Of a stretch of 32,000 bases of DNA, positions 25,037 to 32,000 are shown one piece after another. The position numbers were made by a program, and so were the translations under genes. Location: NCBI GenBank assembly GCA_023460395.1, contig JAEWQB010000002.1, positions 11,517 through 43,516 on the forward strand. Direction: 5' to 3'. Position 1 is the first letter of the stretch, and the number at the start of each line of letters is the position of its first letter. The notes below the pieces were generated by a model. The model was not told the origin of the DNA and searched no databases. It worked only from the letters and a program-made list of their open reading frames with translations. The stretch is from Pseudomonadota bacterium (GTDB lineage Bacteria; Desulfobacterota; Desulfovibrionia; Desulfovibrionales; Desulfovibrionaceae).

Positions 25037-26433
25037 CCGATTTTTCCCGTATATTTTTTGGGGGCTTTGCGTCCACGCATCCCAAATGAAAGCCAGCGTC
25101 GGCTGACGTACAGCCCTGTCAGTAGTCCGGCAAAAACAAGATCCGCGCAGAGCATGCTCAGGAACACCCCGTCCGCTCCCCAGCCAAGCACATGGGAAAG
25201 CAGGTAACCCAGTGGTACGAGCACACCCCATACATTACAGATATCGGCAATGAGCGCCAGCGGGGTGGCTCCCGCCCCAGAAAAAATACCGTGCAACGTC
25301 ATGCCGAATGCCAATGCAGGGACACCGATGCAGGAAAATAGCAAGTAGCGCGAGGCATGACTGACTATTTCTGTGCGGGGGGCCAATAACTCTGCGGCTT
25401 CACTTCGGAATATGTACAATGCAAATGCGGCACATGCAAATACCAAAGCATTGCAGGCCGCAGCTTTAAGTCCGAATGAAAACAGCGCGTCCTCTTCCCG
25501 TGCGCCGAGCATATGCCCGCTGAATATAGCCATGGTGAGGCTGGCGGCACCGAGTGGGAACAGAAGTACCGACGTTATCCGCATACCGAGTGTCATGCCC
25601 GCCATAATGTCTACGGCACCGGGAAGAGTGGTAACGAAGCCTATCATCATAATCCGCCCGCCGTGTTCCACGAGTCTTCCCATGGCGGAAGGAACGCCGA
25701 CTCTAAGTACGTAGGGAACGGCGCGGATATTCCAGCGCCATGGCGCAAAGGAATCGCGCCGAAGTATGCCGAACCGTCTGGCGGCCAGCAGGTTGCATGT
25801 CAGCCCCAGCAGGGTGGAACCAAACGTCGCCCACACAATACCCTCATATCCTAACCGGGGTAAGCCCCACCATCCGAGGCCGAAGCCGGTACTCCCAATG
25901 AAGTTGGTCGCCAATACGCAGAGGAAGGTGATGAAGGGGAGGCGGACGAGCTTGTACGCGCGGAAAATGGAATTCAGCAGAATAAGGGAATAGTAGAACG
26001 GTAAATTGAGGCAATATACAAGGACGAACGTGCGCACCACAGGGGTGAGTTCAGTTGGGACGCGTAATAACGAAAAAATCATGGGTAAAAGGGCCGTTCC
26101 CAGCAGTGCGGTGAGGGTTCCCGCGCTGAAGGCCAGGGAAAGGATAAGTCCGCCATATCTTCGCGCGCGCAGCGGCAGCCTTGCCCCCAACGCCTGACTG
26201 ACGGCGGAAAGGGCACCACTTCCGGCAATGGAAGTGATAAGCATAAGTAAGGTGAATACTTGGCTGACAATGCCCATGGATGCCACAACGGCGGCATCTA
26301 TGCGCCCCGCCACCCATAAGTCTGTCATAGATATGCCCAAATGGCACAGCATAAGACCCATTTGGGGGAGCGCTATGGCAGCCACTTCCTTAAAGCCGGG
26401 CACAGCGCCGGTTTTGTCGTTGTTTTTTCGCAT
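24997..26433 (-). CDS. MATE-family efflux transporter (478 aa)
   Basis: A 12-TM-type hydrophobic profile with the MATE N-terminal motif ...AAIALPQMGLMLCHLGISMTDLWVAGRI.... AGGAAG precedes ATG 26433. Confidence 0.9.
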   Translation of the reverse strand: MRKNNDKTGAVPGFKEVAAIALPQMGLMLCHLGISMTDLWVAGRIDAAVVASMGIVSQVFTLLMLITSIAGSGALSAVSQALGARLPLRARRYGGLILSLAFSAGTLTALLGTALLPMIFSLLRVPTELTPVVRTFVLVYCLNLPFYYSLILLNSIFRAYKLVRLPFITFLCVLATNFIGSTGFGLGWWGLPRLGYEGIVWATFGSTLLGLTCNLLAARRFGILRRDSFAPWRWNIRAVPYVLRVGVPSAMGRLVEHGGRIMMIGFVTTLPGAVDIMAGMTLGMRITSVLLFPLGAASLTMAIFSGHMLGAREEDALFSFGLKAAACNALVFACAAFALYIFRSEAAELLAPRTEIVSHASRYLLFSCIGVPALAFGMTLHGIFSGAGATPLALIADICNVWGVLVPLGYLLSHVLGWGADGVFLSMLCADLVFAGLLTGLYVSRRWLSFGMRGRKAPKKYTGKIGWNIRNNGTEAGS

Positions 26434-26676
26434 AGAGTACTTCCTGTTGCGCGGGCAGCCTAAGGTATTAAATTTTGTTAGTCAAATAAAGTTAGATTTA
26501 TACAACTCGATGGGCGTATTTTGCCTTCCCGATGGCTGTCACAGGCTTCATCTTGTGATAGGATGTCCTATGCTCTCCCCTACGAATATGGGGCACGGCG
26601 GAGGAAAAGGATTTATGCCATGGCTGGTTAAGAGCGCGCTGGTGCCGTAGCAGCATGTAAAGAGGAGGCTCCTAGT

Positions 26677-27936
26677 ATGTCCATTCGCCTGATTGTGCTT
26701 TCCCTTACCAAAAAAATGTGGCCCATTGTTTCGGTATATGCATGCGTTGGGATGCTCAGTGCGCTTGTTGCCTTTTTGCTTAAGGACAGCATCCCCTTTG
26801 AGTTGAGCGTAATTGTAAATGCGGAGACGCTAAATAGTATTTTGACTATTTTGGCTTCAACCATGCTGGCGGTTACTACGTTTTCTCTTTCCACAATGGT
26901 ATCAGCATATGGAGCCGCAACGGCACACGCAACTCCGCGTGCGTCTTCTCTCATTACAGCGGACAGAACAACGCAAAACGCACTTAGTACATTTATGGGG
27001 GCGTTTATTTTTAGCTTGGTCGGCATTATTGCATTGAACATGGGATTGTATGAAGGCGGCGGAAGATTCCTGCTTCTCGTCCTTACGTTGGGGATCATTA
27101 CGCTCATCATTGTTATGCTCATTCGCTGGATCGAACGATTGACAAGCCTTGGTCGGGTGGGAGAGGTGAGCGCGCTTGTAGAGCGGGAGGCCGCGAAAGC
27201 GTTGGCACTCCGCGCCCGCAGACCAACATTGGGCTGCAACAGGTTGGGAAAACTACCGGAGAGATATGAGGAAAACCAATGCATTAATGCCGAGTCTACG
27301 GGATATGTACGGTTTTTTAATTCACACGCGCTGCATGTGTTGGCGGAAGAGGAAGATGTGCAGGTATATCTACTCGCCATGCCGGGAAAGTTTGTGAATG
27401 CTGGTGGTATGTTAGCAACGTCATCCGCGCCTTTGTCAGAGGCTGCGCGTGCTGCCATGCAGCGTTGTTTTTCCATAGGTGATCAACGGTCCTTTGAGCA
27501 GGATTCTCGTTTCGGAATCTGTGTGCTGGCGGAAATCGCCACCCGGGCCGTGTCCGCCGCTGTGAACGATAGCGGGACCGCAATTGATATCGTAGGCCGC
27601 TTAGGTCGGGTGTTAGGTGCTTACGTTGAGGAGCGTAACCAGCGAGATGAAGTGACGTTTGCCCGTTTTTGGGTTCCTGAACTTCGCGCCGAGGATTTGT
27701 TTCAAGACGCCTTTGCTGCGCTTATGCGCGACGCGGCGGGAATTTTTGAGGTGCAGAGCAGAATACAAAAAGTGTTGGGCGCATTGGCATCTAAGGGAGA
27801 AGATTTCCGGGAACAGGCCAGTGCCTATGCTGTCCTTGCGCTCAGTTATTCAGACGCGCATCTTTTTTTGCCGGAGGAAAAGCAAGCGCTTTGGGAAATA
27901 GCCGCGCCATTAGTGCAGAAGGTGTCGTCCCCATAG
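26677..27936 (+). CDS. DUF2254-type predicted membrane protein (419 aa), function unknown
   Basis: The N-terminal half has about 4 TM segments. The C-terminal soluble half carries ...SFEQDSRFGICVLAEIATRAVSAAVNDSGTAIDIV..., which I recognise as the DUF2254 family pattern. GAGGAGG precedes ATG 26677. Confidence 0.7.
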   Translation: MSIRLIVLSLTKKMWPIVSVYACVGMLSALVAFLLKDSIPFELSVIVNAETLNSILTILASTMLAVTTFSLSTMVSAYGAATAHATPRASSLITADRTTQNALSTFMGAFIFSLVGIIALNMGLYEGGGRFLLLVLTLGIITLIIVMLIRWIERLTSLGRVGEVSALVEREAAKALALRARRPTLGCNRLGKLPERYEENQCINAESTGYVRFFNSHALHVLAEEEDVQVYLLAMPGKFVNAGGMLATSSAPLSEAARAAMQRCFSIGDQRSFEQDSRFGICVLAEIATRAVSAAVNDSGTAIDIVGRLGRVLGAYVEERNQRDEVTFARFWVPELRAEDLFQDAFAALMRDAAGIFEVQSRIQKVLGALASKGEDFREQASAYAVLALSYSDAHLFLPEEKQALWEIAAPLVQKVSSP

Positions 27937-28069
27937 TTGGATAGGGGATGCCTCTTTCCCTATATTGTTTTTGCGAGAAGGCTGGTGCTGCATAGTTGTC
28001 ACGGCGTAGATCCGGGGTCCCCCAGAGCGAGGGGGCTTGAATCTGCGACTCTCCGTTTACGCAGCAGAG

Positions 28070-28893
28070 CTTCTATTCCACGCCCCTGTGAGAGGGGCGA
28101 CACTGGCGCAGCCCTCATATCAATGCCCCGGTATTGTTTCAATCCACGCCCCTGTGTGAGGGGCGACTCAAGCTCCTCCCAGATTGCTGTGTATGTGTCT
28201 GTGTTTCAATCCACGCCCCTGTGTGAGGGGCGACTTGACAAGGCGGAAACCGGCGCGGAAAGCGGGCTGGTTTCAATCCACGCCCCTGTGTGAGGGGCGA
28301 CACAGGCCGATAATGAGGTCCGCGAAGTTGCCGTTTCAATCCACGCCCCTGTGTGAGGGGCGACAAGCGCCATGCAAAAAAACTGCGCACCATGGGTGTT
28401 TCAATCCACGCCCCTGTGTGAGGGGCGACGGCCAAACTGCAACCCGGTTGGCGCTTTCTTGAGTTTCAATCCACGCCCCTGTGTGAGGGGCGACTCCCGT
28501 CAAGTGTGTGCATTTCAGATGCTGCAAGGGTTTCAATCCACGCCCCTGTGTGAGGGGCGACTACCTCACAACCCCGGAGGATAACGCGCTGGTGGTTTCA
28601 ATCCACGCCCCTGTGTGAGGGGCGACCCTGCACTACTTGTCAAGAAGGCGAGAGCAGACAAGTTTCAATCCACGCCCCTGTGTGAGGGGCGACGCTCGGA
28701 GCCGTTCAACGTGATGGAGGTTCTGCCCGTTTCAATCCACGCCCCTGTGTGAGGGGCGACGTTTGTATATGCGTCTTTGATGGATTGTTTGATGTTTCAA
28801 TCCACGCCCCTGTGTGAGGGGCGACCTTTGCGGACGCCATATATGAGCGGTCCGTCTCGCAGTTTCAATCCACGCCCCTGTGTGAGGGGCGAC
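28070..28893 (-). CRISPR. Type I-C CRISPR array: 12 identical 32-nt repeats plus 1 degenerate trailer repeat, 12 spacers of 31-36 nt
   Basis: Plus-strand repeat is GTTTCAATCCACGCCCCTGTGTGAGGGGCGAC. Its reverse complement GTCGCCCCTCACACAGGGGCGTGGATTGAAAC has the I-C-type GTCGC...GCGTGGATTGAAAC form. Repeat starts: 28136, 28203, 28270, 28333, 28398, 28463, 28530, 28595, 28662, 28729, 28794, 28862. The degenerate repeat at 28070-28101 has 5 mismatches. Spacer lengths from the trailer are 34, 35, 35, 31, 33, 33, 35, 33, 35, 35, 33, 36. Orientation follows from cas gene direction, the ATTGAAAC 3' end and the decayed repeat at the far end. Confidence 0.97.
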
Positions 28894-29079
28894 CGTAGCG
28901 GTCCTGTAAACCCTTATGGGACAAGGCATGTATGAGCATACTTCGAGAACCAGTGTGATTTCAAGGATGATATTCTTGAAGATTTCGGGGGGCAAGGGTT
29001 ATCACACTGATAATAATGAATATATGTCTTTCGAGAACCTACAGGGGAAAGCATGTGCACTTAGGGTGCTCGCAGAGCT
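28894..29079 (-). promoter_or_regulatory. CRISPR leader (between the cas2 stop and the first repeat)
   Basis: A 186-bp non-coding, visibly AT-richer segment that abuts the newest (perfect) repeat on the cas2 side and contains internal direct and inverted repeats (see findings). Confidence 0.65.
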
Positions 29080-29370
29080 TCAAAAAAGGAGAGGCCCTTG
29101 CGGGTTGAGCGCTGGTTTTGCGCCCACGTGCTCCACTCGCCGCTCCCAATTACTACCCAGAAAATAGAACCGCAGGCTGTCGCGCTCTTCGTTCATTTCT
29201 TTAAGCAAAGATGCGCGTAGCCTTGTCCACTGGGCTGGGTCTACGAGACATTCGAAAACGGAATACTGCACCCGTTGCCCAACATTTTGACAAAGTTTGG
29301 CAATACGGCGGAGTCTGCGGCTTCCGCCAGCATCTTCCGTGGAAACGTCGTAGCTGATTAGTACCATCAT
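29080..29370 (-). CDS. cas2: CRISPR-associated endoribonuclease Cas2 (96 aa)
   Basis: MMVLISYDVSTEDAGGSRRLRRIAKLCQNVGQRVQYSVFEC... is the canonical Cas2 ferredoxin-fold N-terminus. It lies directly downstream of cas1. Confidence 0.92.
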   Translation of the reverse strand: MMVLISYDVSTEDAGGSRRLRRIAKLCQNVGQRVQYSVFECLVDPAQWTRLRASLLKEMNEERDSLRFYFLGSNWERRVEHVGAKPALNPQGPLLF

Positions 29371-29374
29371 AGGG

Positions 29375-30394
29375 CTACCTCACCGTGAATGGAGGGTATG
29401 CATCTAAATCACCCCGCAGATGTCGCGCCAGCAATCGCGCCTGCATGTGCCACAGTAGTCCTACTGTCATACGTTCCTGAAGAAATGGGTGTTCGACCTC
29501 TTCTTTTTTGCGCTCTTGCCATGCTAGGATAACAGCTTTCCGTGTGGCATCATCCATAAGCACGGCACCATTTTCGGCTGTAGTGAATCCTTTTTCCGGG
29601 ACTTGTCCCCGGTTAATAAGGGTCAATGCCATTCTGTCTGCCATATATGGCCGGAACTCCTCCATTACATCCAACGCCAAGCTGGGTCGACCCGGACGAT
29701 CCCGATGTAGAAAACCCACGGCGGGATCAAGCCCCGCACTTTCTAACGCGCTGCGGACATCATGCATGAGGAGTGTATACAAGAAAGAAAGTAAACAATT
29801 TACCGGGTCCAGAGGCGGGCGTCGGTTGCGCCCCACAAAGGCGAACCCTGTGCGATCTGGGCTAATCATTTGGCTGAAAACGCCGAAGTAGGTACTGGCG
29901 GCCTCGCCTTCCACTCCGCGAATTCCATCTAGCGGGAGAGTTTCGCGCAGGTTGCCCAAGCTTAGTGTTAGCCTGTCCGCAGCCGCAGCTAGGGACTCGT
30001 TGCTCTTGTCGCGGGCTGAACGGCGTAACACCGTTCGACAATTGGCGATTTTTCCAGCTACCATGGCCCGTGCGATGGCGGCGCTGGATTCCGGGTTGTC
30101 GGCGCGGCGGTACTGCTCTCTGCGAAGCAGAACATTGCCGGAAACAGGACCGCGCACGGAAGCAAGAAAGCGTCCGGTTTCGGTCAAAAAAGAAACCGCC
30201 ACATCGTGTTCCGCGCAATGCCCTAGTAGAAAAGGGCTGCAACTCACTTGCCCGAAGCACACCACACTGCCTACAGTATGAATGGGAATTTTGGCAGCCA
30301 CCGCGCCATCTATATGTACGGCCACGCATTCTCCTTCTTTAGAGAGATAGCTGCCTTGTGTGGTGACAAATAACGTATTCTGATGACGTTTCAC
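29375..30394 (-). CDS. cas1: CRISPR-associated integrase Cas1, I-C type (339 aa)
   Basis: MKRHQNTLFVTTQGSYLSKEGE... then ...GVEGEAASTYFGVF...DPVNCLLSFLYTLL...GFLHRDRPGRPSLALDVMEEFRP (Cas1 catalytic E/H/D region). Confidence 0.95.
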   Translation of the reverse strand: MKRHQNTLFVTTQGSYLSKEGECVAVHIDGAVAAKIPIHTVGSVVCFGQVSCSPFLLGHCAEHDVAVSFLTETGRFLASVRGPVSGNVLLRREQYRRADNPESSAAIARAMVAGKIANCRTVLRRSARDKSNESLAAAADRLTLSLGNLRETLPLDGIRGVEGEAASTYFGVFSQMISPDRTGFAFVGRNRRPPLDPVNCLLSFLYTLLMHDVRSALESAGLDPAVGFLHRDRPGRPSLALDVMEEFRPYMADRMALTLINRGQVPEKGFTTAENGAVLMDDATRKAVILAWQERKKEEVEHPFLQERMTVGLLWHMQARLLARHLRGDLDAYPPFTVR

Positions 30395-30412
30395 GGCAAC
30401 CTCACGAACGTA

Positions 30413-30877
30413 TTAGGAAGAATGAATAAGCTGGCTAAGGTACCGCGAGGCCTCTTTGCCTTGCCATAGACGGGGCATACACACATCCAGCAGAGAACAG
30501 GCCCGGCAGCGTTCGTCTGTTGCCGGTTCCGGCAGAGTGGCGGTGGCACAGAGGAGTGCGTGGACCGCAGTAATTGTACTGATGGTGCGGTGGCGTAGTG
30601 ATTCGTCCAGAGGCACCTCAAGCCGCCGCTTGCGTTGACCGTAAAAGAGCGCACCTTCCGGCACTGGGCGGTGCAGCATTTCTTCCAGGCAGAGTGCCAG
30701 TGCACAGAGCTGCACCACGTCGGGGTTGTTGGGTTTCGGTTTACCGCGTTTGTATTCCACAGGGTAGGGGAGTTCTCCTGTCTCTGTGCGGCGGAATTCC
30801 ACCACATCGGCAATACCAACTATTCCATATTGAAACGAGCGTAATGGAAGAGAACGCGCGATGCGGACACCGCGCCG
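30413..30877 (-). pseudogene. cas4: cas4, 5'-truncated by IS insertion; only the C-terminal ~154 codons remain
   Basis: The retained part carries Cas4/RecB motifs: GIADVVEF, PVEYKRGKPK, QLCALALCLEEM and the C-terminal Cys triad CRACSLLDVC. The N-terminal segment, including the first Fe-S Cys, is absent. The 234-aa track ORF (30413-31117) continues upstream into sequence antisense to the IS orfA with no Cas4 similarity. Confidence 0.8.
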
Positions 30878-30939
30878 TGATTCGGTAATCCCCCCTAAAA
30901 AAGATGCTTTTGAAAAGTAGAATTTTCTCGTAACCCCCG

Positions 30940-31221
30940 ATGAGGAGATTCTGCATGAAGAAATCGCGCTACACCGACAGTCAGATCCTGAACATCTTGA
31001 GGCAAGCCGAGAACGGCGTCCTAGTTCCCGAACTCTGTCGTGAACATGGCACGAGCAGCGCAACGTTTTACAAATGGCGCGCCAAGTTTGGCGGTATGGA
31101 CGCGTCGCTGATGGCACGAATGAAAGATCTTGAACGTGAAAACAAGCTTCTCAAACGGATGTATGCCGAAGAAAAGATGAAGGCCGAGATCGTTGCAGAG
31201 GCGCTGACAAAAAACTGGTAA
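30940..31221 (+). CDS. IS3-family transposase OrfA (HTH, leucine-zipper-like C-terminus), 93 aa
   Basis: [73 protein letters not shown]... is the classic IS3-family OrfA pattern. GAGGAG precedes the ATG. Confidence 0.9.
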   Translation: MRRFCMKKSRYTDSQILNILRQAENGVLVPELCREHGTSSATFYKWRAKFGGMDASLMARMKDLERENKLLKRMYAEEKMKAEIVAEALTKNW

Positions 31222-31247
31222 GGCCATCTCGCCGCCGCGAGATGGCC
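31209..31247 (+). promoter_or_regulatory. Programmed -1 ribosomal frameshift cassette (slippery heptamer plus stem-loop)
   Basis: A_AAA_AAC lies at 31209-31215 in the orfA frame. After a 6-nt spacer comes a perfect 11-bp stem GGCCATCTCGC-cgcc-GCGAGATGGCC (31222-31247). The orfA stop TAA is at 31219. Confidence 0.7.
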
Positions 31248-32000
31248 CAAAAAGCCGTTAAGGATAAGCAGTTGAGCATCCGGCAGGCCTGTGAAGCGTT
31301 CAGCATCAGCCAGGCATGCTATCGGTACGAACCGAAGCTTTCAGCAGAGAACGAACTGATCGCTGACAGCCTTATTCGTTTGACACAAAACCAGCGGAAC
31401 TGGGGTTTCGGTCTGTGTTTTCTGCATTTACGCAACGTGAAGGGATACCGATGGAACCACAAGCGCGTGTACCGAATATACTGCGAGTTGGAACTCAACA
31501 TGCGCATCAAGCCCAAAAAGCGCATTGTCCGAGAAAAGCCGGAACCGCTTTCACAGCCCCAGCGGGTCAATCAGTCGTGGTCGATGGATTTCATGCACGA
31601 TCAGTTACAAGATGGACGTAGCTTCAGGCTGTTTAATGTGATCGATGACTTCAACCGTGAGGGGCTGACCATAGAAGCGGACTTCTCCCTGCCCGCTGAG
31701 CGTGTAATCCGAAGCCTCGAACAGGTCATTGAATGGCGGGGAAAGCCGGAGTCGATCCGTTGTGACAACGGGCCGGAGTACATCAGCAACAAACTGCTAC
31801 TATGGGCTACCAGTCAAGGAATACGCATTGAACATATTCAGGCAGGGCAACCCCAGCAAAACGCTTACGTGGAGTGGTACAATCGGACCGTCCGTTACGA
31901 TTGGCTTGGGCAGTTTCTGTTCTCAAGCATTGAAGAGGTGCAGGACCATGCGACCAACTGGCTGTGGACCTACAACAATGAACGACCTAATATGGGTATC
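31215..32000 (+). CDS. IS3-family transposase OrfB (rve/DDE domain), expressed as an OrfAB fusion; 3'-partial
   Basis: Not in the ORF track (no start or stop in the window). My translation of the -1 frame gives ...[28 protein letters not shown]...[32 protein letters not shown]...[11 protein letters not shown]...[17 protein letters not shown]...[10 protein letters not shown]. 35 residues separate the CDNGPE Asp from the VEW Glu, giving DD(35)E. Confidence 0.88.
   Translation, partial: MVRPSRRREMAQKAVKDKQLSIRQACEAFSISQACYRYEPKLSAENELIADSLIRLTQNQRNWGFGLCFLHLRNVKGYRWNHKRVYRIYCELELNMRIKPKKRIVREKPEPLSQPQRVNQSWSMDFMHDQLQDGRSFRLFNVIDDFNREGLTIEADFSLPAERVIRSLEQVIEWRGKPESIRCDNGPEYISNKLLLWATSQGIRIEHIQAGQPQQNAYVEWYNRTVRYDWLGQFLFSSIEEVQDHATNWLWTYNNERPNMGI

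Larger units (their letters stand above)
30878..32000 (+). mobile_element. IS3-family insertion sequence, left end and most of orfAB; the right end is beyond the window
   Basis: Candidate IRL TGATTCGGTAATCCCCCCTAAAAAAG begins with the family-typical TG at 30878, exactly where Cas4 similarity stops. OrfA and OrfB are arranged with a -1 frameshift cassette. Confidence 0.85.

Noticed and set aside
26570-26650. 26-codon upstream ORF (MLSPTNMGHGGGKGFMPWLVKSALVP) with AGGA 6 nt before its ATG, 27 nt ahead of the DUF2254 gene
   Set aside because: It is too short and featureless to support from sequence alone and may be chance. It would be worth a look only if ribosome profiling exists.
26628-27476. 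282-aa minus-strand ORF opposite the DUF2254 gene
   Set aside because: It is a Ser/Ala/Thr/Asn-rich shadow ORF with no RBS, whereas the plus-strand gene has a strong RBS and coherent TM topology.
27937-28995. Six ORFs (70-118 aa) running through the CRISPR array on both strands
   Set aside because: Their products repeat the translated repeat peptide (FNPRPCVRGD / FQSTPLCEGR on plus, APHTGAWIET / SPLTQGRGLK on minus). They are artefacts of the 32-nt repeat periodicity.
30413-31117. Reading the 234-aa ORF as an intact cas4
   Set aside because: Only the C-terminal ~154 residues resemble Cas4. The first ~80 residues are encoded by IS sequence antisense to orfA and by the IS terminal repeat.

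Overview
High-GC chromosomal window whose gene content resembles a Desulfovibrio-type anaerobe (inference from gene content only). Left end (1-5601): Mo-nitrogenase structural operon nifH-nifI1-nifI2-nifD-nifK on the minus strand. nifK runs off the window start and is missing from the ORF track. The operon is driven by a near-consensus sigma-54 promoter, and a divergent NifV-like homocitrate synthase gene has its own sigma-54-type promoter. Middle (5.6-27.9 kb): ordinary housekeeping and accessory genes. These are a LysR regulator divergent from an aldo/keto reductase, a YgiW-type OB-fold protein and TsaA/TrmO. A long minus-strand run follows: hrpB, endonuclease-III-like gene, envC-like gene, S41 protease gene, yibQ-like gene, ndk, proC and an epimerase gene. 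After it come an orphan solute-binding protein, a USP, fhs-folD, a DtxR/MntR-like regulator overlapping a MATE pump, and a DUF2254 membrane protein. Right end (28.0-32.0 kb): the adaptation end of a type I-C CRISPR-Cas locus on the minus strand. It has 12 perfect repeats plus 1 degenerate 32-nt repeat, 12 spacers, a leader, cas2 and cas1. cas4 has lost its 5' end to an IS3-family element (orfA, a -1 frameshift cassette and a DD(35)E orfB) that runs off the window end. I did not find a convincing wholly new multi-gene system. The items most worth a second look are the IS-split I-C locus, the divergent sigma-54 nif control region without a canonical NifA site, and an orphan intrinsic terminator with a structured region between usp and fhs. 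Many long ORFs in the track are antisense shadow ORFs of this GC-rich DNA, or read-throughs of CRISPR repeats, and were rejected.
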